Shown: piece by piece, positions 17,661 to 25,025 of the stretch | Layout: each line of letters starts with the position of its first letter | How positions within the stretch are numbered: position 1 is the stretch's first letter | Source: Demequinaceae bacterium | Lineage (GTDB): Bacteria > Actinomycetota > Actinomycetes > Actinomycetales > Demequinaceae | Length of the DNA: 32,000 nt | Assembly (NCBI GenBank): GCA_965250005.1 | Contig: OZ252279.1 | Coordinates: forward strand, 1,560,001 to 1,592,000 | Reading direction: 5' to 3' | The notes under the pieces: generated by a model | The model's input: the letters and a program-made list of their open reading frames with translations, nothing else | What the model was told of the DNA's origin: nothing | The model's database searches: none | Position numbers and translations under genes: made by a program

Positions 17661-18641
17661 ATGATCACCGTTCGAGAAGTCCCCTTCGCCGACGCTACGG
17701 CGCGCGTCCTGTGGGACGCGCAACAGGCAGAGTTGCTCGCGCGCTACGGCGAGGAAGATGTGGATGCGGTGCTCGAGGACGACGGAATCATCGCTTCGCT
17801 TGTAGGCGAGAGCGACGGCGAGGTGATCGCGACGGGCCTGCTCCGTTGGTCGCCATACTCCACCGCCCCTGGCACGGCGGAAGCGAAGCGCCTTTACCTG
17901 GTGCCCGAACATCGCGGTCACGGCCACTCGCGGGTCATGATGGGTGCGGTCGAATCTGCCGCCCGCAAGGCGGGTGCCATACGCATCGTTGTGGAGACCG
18001 GCCTCAAGCAGCCGGAGGCGATCGGGCTGTACGAGTCGATCGGCTACTCGCGGATCGCCAATTACGGGACGTACGGGGACTTGCCCGATTCGGTGTGTCT
18101 TGGCAAAGAGTTGCCGACTCGGGTGCTGGTACTAAACGGGACCATGGGGGCCGGCAAGACTGCGATTGCGGGCGCGTGCTTCGGCCTCCTCGAACGCGAG
18201 GGCGCCCACGTTGCGCAAATCGACGCCGACTATCTCGCCCAGGCGCACCCATCGGCGCCGGGGGATCGATTCAACGAAGCGCTCATGTTTCGCAACCTCA
18301 CCGCGATCGCGCCGAACTATCGGGCGTACGGCATTGGGCTGGTCATCATCGCCCGGCCCATCGAGGATTCAGAGGGACCGCAGAGGTTCGCGATCGCCTT
18401 CGCATCCTCTGCGGCAGGAGCGGCGGAGGTCACGGTGGTGAGGCTCGACGCAAGCGAGGGGACGCGTCAAGAGCGTCTTCGTGAGCGCGAGCCTGCGGAC
18501 TTCTACGAGGGTTTTGCGAAGGAGCGCACGGTCGAGTTGCAGGCAGGAATCGTGGCCGCGGGTGTGGATGACGGCGTGGTCGAGAACGACGGTCGCGACG
18601 CGAACGACGTAGCGCGCGAGGTGCTCGCACTGCTCTCGTAG
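17661..18641 (+). CDS. Two-domain protein: N-terminal GNAT acetyltransferase fused to a C-terminal P-loop NTPase/kinase-like domain
   Basis: 326 aa. GNAT motif A in LYLVPEHRGHGHSRVMMGAVESAARKAG (aa 1 to about 153). A Walker A motif then appears in LVLNGTMGAGKTAIAG, followed by IDAD (aa about 155-326). TAGCCT (17649-17654) lies 6 nt upstream of the ATG. Confidence 0.75.
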   Translation: MITVREVPFADATARVLWDAQQAELLARYGEEDVDAVLEDDGIIASLVGESDGEVIATGLLRWSPYSTAPGTAEAKRLYLVPEHRGHGHSRVMMGAVESAARKAGAIRIVVETGLKQPEAIGLYESIGYSRIANYGTYGDLPDSVCLGKELPTRVLVLNGTMGAGKTAIAGACFGLLEREGAHVAQIDADYLAQAHPSAPGDRFNEALMFRNLTAIAPNYRAYGIGLVIIARPIEDSEGPQRFAIAFASSAAGAAEVTVVRLDASEGTRQERLREREPADFYEGFAKERTVELQAGIVAAGVDDGVVENDGRDANDVAREVLALLS

Positions 18642-18992
18642 TGGGCTTCGATGCGAGCGAATGCGACGGACGGCGGGGGTTTTGTGCTGCAGGCGGCTCG
18701 GCGTCTTCGCCAGACCGTTGCATCCTTGCGCGGGCGCCGGGCTGAGGTCGTACGACCTCAGCCACGGGTCAGCTGCGTGTATCTCGCCGAGGCGGTCACG
18801 CGCGCCGGTGTTGAGAAGGCGCTCGTACATGACTCAGGAGTGTGAGGTAATGCCGCCGATGAGGCCGAGCGGCAGTGGGCTAGATCGCATGATCTGAGGC
18901 TTTACACGCCGATCCGGGAGCACAGGATTCCGGGTGCTAGCCTTCAGCCATTGGCAGGCGATACCGGCCACCGGTGACGGAGGAGAAAGACC

Positions 18993-19763
18993 ATGGCGCT
19001 CGGAACGCGGGGACTCACAATAGGCGGTCTGGCACTTCTGGTTGCGGGCGGGCTCGGAGGTATGGCGCTCGCGTCCACGGGTGACGGCGATGCGGGCCCC
19101 TTCTTTGCGTGTACCGACGGCACTGTGACGGTACTTCACGTCTACGACGGTTCTGCGCCTGGGTGCGACGACGGCTTTGGACTGGCGGACGTGCTGGTCA
19201 CCGGGCCTGCTGGCGCGATTGGCCCTGACGGCCCCACCGGCGCTACGGGCGCTACGGGTACGAGTGGCAGTACCGGCAACCAGGGGTTGGCTGGCGTTGT
19301 GGGCGCAACTGGCGCCACGGGCTCGGTTGGGGCATTGGGTGCGACTGGACCCCAAGGCGTTCAAGGTACTCAGGGCCCGCAAGGTGGCGACGGCCCGCAG
19401 GGCCCTCAGGGGCCGCAGGGCGACCCCGGCGACGACGGGACCGATCTTGACGGGCTCGCCTGTACGGGCAGCGAACATGTGACTGGCGTTAGCGTGGGGG
19501 CTCTCGTGTGCGCCGCGGCGCCTGACCCGTCGCTGGTTCGTGTCGTCTCGTGGAGTGGAGTCCTGGCCGCTGAAGGCGCAGGCTACTCGAGCACCATCTC
19601 GTGCCCCGCCGGCTATGTCGCGGTCTCGCTTGGTTGGGACGGGGGCGCGGGATTCTCTGGATTGTCTGACTCGTATCCGACGAGCGCCACCACGTGGAGC
19701 TTCACTGTTCCTGATGCGCCGCCCTACGAGCTGTATCTCACGTGCATCAAAGTGACGCACTAA
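18993..19763 (+). CDS. Secreted collagen-like triple-helix repeat protein
   Basis: 256 aa. GGAGGAG SD. Signal peptide MALGTRGLTIGGLALLVAGGLGGMALAST. 27 uninterrupted G-X-Y triplets (aa 71-151). Cys-containing N- and C-terminal globular regions. Confidence 0.8.
   Translation: MALGTRGLTIGGLALLVAGGLGGMALASTGDGDAGPFFACTDGTVTVLHVYDGSAPGCDDGFGLADVLVTGPAGAIGPDGPTGATGATGTSGSTGNQGLAGVVGATGATGSVGALGATGPQGVQGTQGPQGGDGPQGPQGPQGDPGDDGTDLDGLACTGSEHVTGVSVGALVCAAAPDPSLVRVVSWSGVLAAEGAGYSSTISCPAGYVAVSLGWDGGAGFSGLSDSYPTSATTWSFTVPDAPPYELYLTCIKVTH
19203..19445 (+). repeat. Gly-X-Y collagen-like repeat tract (27 triplets)
   Basis: GPAGAIGPDGPTGATGATGTSGSTGNQGLAGVVGATGATGSVGALGATGPQGVQGTQGPQGGDGPQGPQGPQGDPGDDGTD, read directly from the translation. 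Confidence 0.9.
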
Positions 19764-19831
19764 GAGACTGGTAACACGGGCCGGGACCAAGGTTCTAGTC
19801 GGCTCGAAGGTTTGCGGCGTACTGTGAAGCC

Positions 19832-20299
19832 ATGAAGATAGGCGAACTCGCGGACCGCTCCGGCGTCACCGCCAAGACCATCCGCTACTACGAGAGCATC
19901 GGCCTGATGCCCGCTCCCGACAGAACCACGTCCAACTATCGCGACTACGGCGACGATGCCGAGGGCCGCCTGAGGTTCGTGCGCGACTCCCAGGCGGCGG
20001 GCCTGACGCTCGCTGAGGTGGCCAGCATCCTCGAGATGAAGGACGCCGGCGAGTCCACATGCGAACACACGCGTGACCTGGTGCAGCGTCACATCGACGA
20101 GATTGACCAGCAGATCGCGGCATTGCGTGAGAACCGCAAGGTGATGGTGGCGCTAGCCGATGCGGCGGGATCAATGGACCCCGGCACGTGTTCGGACCCG
20201 ACGCGCTGTCAGGTGATCTCGAGCCATCTGCACGCCTCTTCGGAGAGCGCCCACACGCCGGGCGGGCGCCGCCGGCTAGCTGTTCATTCGCACGCGTGA
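19832..20299 (+). CDS. MerR-family heavy-metal-responsive transcriptional regulator
   Basis: 155 aa. N-terminal HTH IGELADRSGVTAKTIRYYESIGL aligns without gaps to E. coli CueR numbering as I recall it. Cys77, Cys120 and Cys126, plus a His-rich tail. TACTGT (19820-19825) lies 6 nt upstream of the ATG. Confidence 0.85.
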   Translation: MKIGELADRSGVTAKTIRYYESIGLMPAPDRTTSNYRDYGDDAEGRLRFVRDSQAAGLTLAEVASILEMKDAGESTCEHTRDLVQRHIDEIDQQIAALRENRKVMVALADAAGSMDPGTCSDPTRCQVISSHLHASSESAHTPGGRRRLAVHSHA

Positions 20300-20319
20300 C
20301 GGGAATGAACGGTGTGGGC

Positions 20320-20351
20320 TTGACCTTCCAGTGGAGTGGAACTTCTACGGT
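20320..20351 (+). promoter_or_regulatory. MerR-type promoter with a long spacer and internal dyad, upstream of copZ-copA
   Basis: -35 TTGACC (20320-20325), 20-nt spacer, -10 TACGGT (20346-20351). The spacer holds the dyad TTCCA-N6-TGGAA (20326-20330 and 20337-20341). The left half, TTGACCTTCC, resembles the E. coli copA promoter as I recall it. Confidence 0.55.
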
Positions 20352-20357
20352 GAGCGT

Positions 20358-20618
20358 ATGAATACATCACAGACACGGGCCGCGGGCCCCGAGGAACTGA
20401 CGCTCGACGTGCTCGGGATGCACTGCAACGGCTGCGCCGGGACGGTGACGGACGCCGCGGCTGGCGTCGACGGCGTTGTGGATGCGCACGTTGACCTGTC
20501 TCAAGAGACGCTCGCCATCACGACGGATGGAACCGTACCCGTGCCCACGCTGCGCGAGGCGATCGCTGCCGCCGTCGGAGCGATAGGCTGCTCAATCGCC
20601 GAGGAAGACTTCTCGTGA
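20358..20618 (+). CDS. copZ: Heavy-metal-associated (HMA) copper chaperone
   Basis: ORF 20331..20618, but GTG 20331 lies inside the predicted promoter. ATG 20358 lies 6 nt after the -10 (leaderless). GMHCNGCAGTV metal-binding motif. GTGA overlap with copA. Confidence 0.8.
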   Translation: MNTSQTRAAGPEELTLDVLGMHCNGCAGTVTDAAAGVDGVVDAHVDLSQETLAITTDGTVPVPTLREAIAAAVGAIGCSIAEEDFS

Positions 20619-23017
20619 CGGCAACCGAAGCGTCCGCGCCCGCCCCGGAGGAACTCCGGATCTCCGTCGGCGGGATGACCTGCGCAGGATGCGCGGCGAC
20701 CCTATCGAACGGCATAGGCCAACTCGACGGCGTCGCATCCGCGGACGTCAACGTTGCGACGCGACGCGCGACCGTCAAATCGGATGGCACCATCGACGCT
20801 GACGACCTCGAGGTGGCGATCGAGGCTGCCATCAACGGGCTCGGCTACTCGGTCGTGAAGAAAGCCGCCCCCGCGGCTGGCCCCGATGGAAACGCGCAGC
20901 ACGGCGAGCACGCAGACCATGGGCACAGCTCGATGGATCAGGGCTCGATGGACCACGGCGACCACGCCGGCATGGACCTCGCCGACGAGCACCTGCGTGC
21001 GGACGCATCTCGGGTGGCGGACTATCGTCGCCGCTTCACCGTCGCCGCAATCCTTGCGGCGCCCCTGCTCGCCATCTCGATGGTGACCGCATGGCAGTTT
21101 GACGGCGGGGAGTGGCTTGCGTTGGCTCTCGCGACCCCCGTGATCTTCTGGAGCGCCTGGCCGTTCCACCGCTCGACCTTCATGACCGCGCGCCACGGCG
21201 CGACAACCATGGATACGCTCGTCACGCTCGGCACTCTCGCGGCGTGGACATGGTCCACGGTCGTGCTCGTGGGCGGCACGCTCGGAATCGGAACCCTCGC
21301 GAACGGTCACGTCTACTACGAGACCGGCGCCGTGATCGTCTCCCTGATTCTGCTTGGCAAGTGGCTCGAAGTCCGTTCGACCGCGAAAGCTGGGGACGCG
21401 ATTCGCGCCCTCAGCAAGATTCAAGCCAACACCGCGCAGCTCGAGGACGGTACAGAGATTCCGCTAGACCAGCTTGAGGTGGGCATGCGGTTTGTGACGC
21501 GCCCCGGAGAGACGATCGCAACTGACGGCTTGGTTGTCGATGGCTCGGCCGCTGTCGACGCGTCCATGGTGACCGGCGAATCCGTGCCCGTTCACGCAGG
21601 TGAGGGAGCAGAGGTGGTCGGAGGAACCATCGCCACAGACGGTGCACTCGTGATCGAGGCGACGCGCGTGGGCAGCGAAACCATGCTCGCCCAAATTGCT
21701 CGGATGGTAGACGACGCGCAGTCAGGCAAGGCCGACGTGCAGCGCCTCGCGGACCGCATCAGCGGCGTGTTCGTACCCGTGGTTATAGGGATGTCGCTCG
21801 CGACGCTAGCCACCTGGCTCTTGGTCACAGGCGATGTGGATGGCGCGTTCACGGCGGCTGTGGCGGTGCTGATCATCAGCTGCCCGTGCGCGCTGGGGCT
21901 CGCGACACCGCTCGCCATCATGGTGGGCACCGGCCGCGGCGCCCAGCTGGGCGTGCTGGTGCGCGGCCCGCAAGTGCTTGAGGACACGCGCCGGATTACC
22001 ACCATCGTGCTCGATAAGACCGGCACCATCACCACCGGAAAAATGACGGCGGGCGAGGTCATTGCGCCGGGGTTCGACGACGGCGCGAAGGCGCTGCTGA
22101 TCTCCGCGGCGGCTTCCGCAGAGAAGCGTTCGGAGCATCCGGTGGGCCAGGCCGTCGCCGCTCTTGTGGACGAGCACCGCGGCATCAAGGACTTCCGCAT
22201 CACGCCGGGTCAGGGCGTCACGGCCACGGTTCAGGGCGCGCCATCTACGATGACGCAGGCCCTCGGTTGCGCCGACGAGGCACCGGCTGACGTGCGCGTC
22301 GGCTCGCGCCGAATGTTCGACCACGTCCCTGACGAGCTTGAGCAGGCTGCTACCGACGCCGAGTGGCGCGGCTTCACAGCCGTGTTCGCAGGCCGTTCGC
22401 CCGTGATGGAGACCAAACCTGGCGCGATCATTTCGATCCGCACCCCCGTGGACGCGGAGGCAGTAATCCTCGTGAGCGACACGGTCAAACCCACGTCGCT
22501 CGAGGCGGCGGATACTTTCCGCGAACTCGGTCTCGACGTGATCCTGCTGACCGGAGACAACGAGCGCGCGGCGCGAGCCGTGGCCAATGAGGTGGGCATC
22601 GACCGCGTGATCGCTGAGGTGCTCCCCAGCGACAAGGCTGAGGTGGTGAAGGGCCTCCAGGAGGAGGGCCAGCGCGTCGCGATGGTGGGCGACGGCGTCA
22701 ACGATGCTCCTGCGCTCGCGCAGGCTGACCTGGGAATCGCGATTGGCACCGGCGCCGACGTTGCACGCGAAGCATCGGACCTGACAGCCGTGAGCGGCGA
22801 CCTGCTGGCGGTGGCGGACGCGATTCGCCTATCGCGGTGCACGCTGAGTGTGATCCGCGGCAACCTATTCTGGGCGTTCGCTTACAACGTCGCGGCCATT
22901 CCGCTCGCGGCGTTCGGGATTCTCAACCCGATGGTCGCATCGGCTGCGATGGGCGGGTCGAGCCTGTTCGTGGTGGGCAACTCTCTGCGGTTGCGAGGTT
23001 TCACGCCGCAACGGTAG
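20615..23017 (+). CDS. copA: Copper(I)-translocating P1B-type ATPase
   Basis: 800 aa. N-terminal HMA GMTCAGCA, TM6 SCPCALG, DKTGTIT, GDGVNDAP. TM7 N-x6-YN-x4-P (NLFWAFAYNVAAIP) and TM8 M-x2-SS-x5-N (MGGSSLFVVGN), the P1B-1 Cu/Ag signature. Confidence 0.95.
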   Translation: MTATEASAPAPEELRISVGGMTCAGCAATLSNGIGQLDGVASADVNVATRRATVKSDGTIDADDLEVAIEAAINGLGYSVVKKAAPAAGPDGNAQHGEHADHGHSSMDQGSMDHGDHAGMDLADEHLRADASRVADYRRRFTVAAILAAPLLAISMVTAWQFDGGEWLALALATPVIFWSAWPFHRSTFMTARHGATTMDTLVTLGTLAAWTWSTVVLVGGTLGIGTLANGHVYYETGAVIVSLILLGKWLEVRSTAKAGDAIRALSKIQANTAQLEDGTEIPLDQLEVGMRFVTRPGETIATDGLVVDGSAAVDASMVTGESVPVHAGEGAEVVGGTIATDGALVIEATRVGSETMLAQIARMVDDAQSGKADVQRLADRISGVFVPVVIGMSLATLATWLLVTGDVDGAFTAAVAVLIISCPCALGLATPLAIMVGTGRGAQLGVLVRGPQVLEDTRRITTIVLDKTGTITTGKMTAGEVIAPGFDDGAKALLISAAASAEKRSEHPVGQAVAALVDEHRGIKDFRITPGQGVTATVQGAPSTMTQALGCADEAPADVRVGSRRMFDHVPDELEQAATDAEWRGFTAVFAGRSPVMETKPGAIISIRTPVDAEAVILVSDTVKPTSLEAADTFRELGLDVILLTGDNERAARAVANEVGIDRVIAEVLPSDKAEVVKGLQEEGQRVAMVGDGVNDAPALAQADLGIAIGTGADVAREASDLTAVSGDLLAVADAIRLSRCTLSVIRGNLFWAFAYNVAAIPLAAFGILNPMVASAAMGGSSLFVVGNSLRLRGFTPQR

Positions 23018-23148
23018 TTCTCCACAGTTTCGTTCCCTGGAAGCAACCGCGCGCGCTCCGGTGGCGCGGTGGATCAATGTCACAGAGGTGAGATCGCGGC
23101 CCGCTCCACGTCTTCGTCGACGAATCCAAGCGAGGAGGAAACTTCGTC

Positions 23149-23625
23149 TTGGTCGCCGTTGTGCTCAGGGCAAATGAGGTAGGCAGGGCCCGACGCACGC
23201 TCGCAGGCATCCGAGGCGAACGGGGTCGCCTGCATTTCACATCCGCAAGCGCGAACAGGCGCGCAAGGCTGGTGGCAGCCTGCATCAGCCACGTAAATGA
23301 GATCTGGATGTACGACGCGCACGGGTCTTCGGAAGAGGTCGGAGCGAGACGTTGGTCAGTGGTCCTGTTGGTTGGAGATGCGCTTGCGGCGTCCGTTGGC
23401 AGGTTGGTCATCGAGCGGGATGAGACACGGGAGCGCGATGATCAAGCAACCATTCGAGCGACACTCAGAAGTCACAAGGCAGAGGACTTCTTTGCGTTCG
23501 AACATGCTTCAGTTAGCGAAGAGACCTTGCTTGCGCTCGCAGACACCGTGGCTTGGTGCTTGAGTCGCGATAGAAATTGGCGAGAGCGAATTGCGGCGAT
23601 CCCTACGGTGCTGAGGGAGTCCTAG
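23149..23625 (+). CDS. Hypothetical protein in a low-GC patch (uncertain; possibly acquired or decaying)
   Basis: 158-aa ORF with a TTG start 8 nt after a strong GAGGAGGAA (23132-23140). It uses AGG/AGA/TTG codons that I did not notice in the neighbouring housekeeping genes I read. The C-terminus FFAFEHASVSEETLLALADTVAWCLSR is vaguely DUF3800/RNase-H-like. It conflicts with an 80-aa minus-strand ORF at 23080..23322. Confidence 0.35.
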   Translation: MVAVVLRANEVGRARRTLAGIRGERGRLHFTSASANRRARLVAACISHVNEIWMYDAHGSSEEVGARRWSVVLLVGDALAASVGRLVIERDETRERDDQATIRATLRSHKAEDFFAFEHASVSEETLLALADTVAWCLSRDRNWRERIAAIPTVLRES

Positions 23626-23750
23626 AAAGCGCGAAACCCAGAAGACCGACCGTTGGGAAGGCTACTGGGCTCACTTCTCGGCGCTACGTGCGCCTCGCAA
23701 GGTCGATGCTACGCCTGGCGCGGGATTGCGGCAAGAGCTGTGGATTAGGC

Positions 23751-24974
23751 TCAGATCGCCGCGAGCGCCTTCGCGAGATCCTCGCGCAGGTCCTCGACGT
23801 CCTCGAGGCCACAGGACAGGCGCACGGTCGCATGCGACATGCCCACGGCGGCCTGGCCCTCGGGACCAAGCTTCGCGTGGGTCGTGGTCGACGGGTGGGT
23901 CGCAATCGACTTGGCGTCGCCAAAGTTGTTGCTCAACTCGAACAGCGTGAGCGCGTCTATGAAGCGGAACGCGATGTCCTTGGCCTCTTGCGAGAGCGGG
24001 TCCACGCCGTCGGGCAGCGCGAGGTCGACGGTCACCACGGTGCCGCCCATCGTCTGCTGCGTTTTGGCAAGTTCATGCTGCGGGTGGGACGGCAGGAACG
24101 GGTACAGAACACGCCCGATGCCCGGCTGGTCCTCGAGCCACTCAGCGATGTCTAGCGCCGACGCGCACTGGGCCCGCGTCCGCACGCCCAGCGTCTCGAG
24201 CCCCTTGAGCATGATCCACGCGTTGAACGGCGAGATAGTCGCGCCCATCTGACGCACCATCGTTTTGACGGGCCCGTTTACGTAGTCGTCAGTGCCGAGG
24301 ATCGCCCCACCCAGCACACGCCCCTGGCCGTCGATGTGCTTGGTCGCCGAGTAGACCACGGCGTCCGCGCCCAGGTCGAGCGGGCGCTGGCCAAGCGGCG
24401 TCGCGAACACGTTGTCGCAGATCACTATCGCGCCGGCCTTGTGCCCGAGAGCCGCAACGGCGGCCACGTCCACCACATCTTGCATGGGGTTGGTCGGGCT
24501 TTCGAAGAACACTGCCTTGGCGGGTGTCGCGAGCGCACGCTCCCAGTCCTCTAGGCGGTGGCCGTCGACTAGGTCGATTTCGATGCCCCACTTCTTGAAG
24601 AACGTGTCATAGACCTTGATCGTGGAGCCGAAGAGCGCGCGCGAAGAAACCAGGCGGTCCCCCTGGCCCAAGATGGACGCGAGGGACACAAACACGGCCG
24701 ACATGCCGGTAGAGGTGGCGAAGCAGGCCTCGGCGCCCTCGATGGCCGTGAGGCGGTCCTGAAAGGCCTCCACGGTCGGGTTGCCGTAGCGCGAGTACAT
24801 GAACACATCGATCTCGTCGGCAAAGGCAGCTTCGGCCTGTGCGGCGTTGTCGTAGACGTACCCCTGAGTGAGGTGGAGTGCCTCGCTCATCTCGTGGTGC
24901 TGAGAGCGCACGATGCCGCCCCGGATCGCTTTGGTGTCGGGGCGGAGGTGGCTCAGGTCGGGCTCGTCGGTCAT
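23751..24974 (-). CDS. metZ: O-succinylhomoserine sulfhydrylase (Cys/Met-metabolism PLP enzyme)
   Basis: 407 aa. YSRYGNPTVEAFQDRLTAIEGAE and the PLP-lysine motif YSATKHIDGQGR, typical of MetZ. TAGACT (complement of 24982-24987) lies 7 nt upstream of the ATG. Confidence 0.85.
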   Translation of the reverse strand: MTDEPDLSHLRPDTKAIRGGIVRSQHHEMSEALHLTQGYVYDNAAQAEAAFADEIDVFMYSRYGNPTVEAFQDRLTAIEGAEACFATSTGMSAVFVSLASILGQGDRLVSSRALFGSTIKVYDTFFKKWGIEIDLVDGHRLEDWERALATPAKAVFFESPTNPMQDVVDVAAVAALGHKAGAIVICDNVFATPLGQRPLDLGADAVVYSATKHIDGQGRVLGGAILGTDDYVNGPVKTMVRQMGATISPFNAWIMLKGLETLGVRTRAQCASALDIAEWLEDQPGIGRVLYPFLPSHPQHELAKTQQTMGGTVVTVDLALPDGVDPLSQEAKDIAFRFIDALTLFELSNNFGDAKSIATHPSTTTHAKLGPEGQAAVGMSHATVRLSCGLEDVEDLREDLAKALAAI

Positions 24975-25025
24975 GCGGCCAAGTCTAGGGGAGGCGCGTG
25001 GTGCTCGGTCTGATGGTCGCGCGCA

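Noticed and set aside
17480-18484. 334-aa plus-strand ORF overlapping the GNAT/P-loop gene
   Set aside because: It is an out-of-frame shadow ORF typical of GC-rich DNA, extremely Arg/Gly-rich. It begins inside the 5' end of the LLM gene on the other strand.
18834-19790. 318-aa minus-strand ORF, the longest ORF at this locus
   Set aside because: It is antisense to the collagen-like gene. The translation is Arg/Ala/Pro-rich with no motifs, and there is no SD or -10. The plus-strand gene has an SD, a signal peptide and a perfect GXY periodicity.
20702-22863. Several 170-240-aa minus-strand ORFs inside copA
   Set aside because: They are antisense shadow ORFs within an unambiguous P-type ATPase gene.
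23080-23322. 80-aa minus-strand Cys-rich ORF just after copA (MRVVHPDLIYVADAGCHQPCAPVRACGCEMQ...)
   Set aside because: It is not listed as a feature. It has a GTG start with no SD or -10, and it overlaps the plus-strand ORF that has a strong SD. It is not fully excluded; see the finding on the low-GC patch.
23577-24155. 192-aa plus-strand ORF
   Set aside because: It is mostly antisense to metZ. No motifs.
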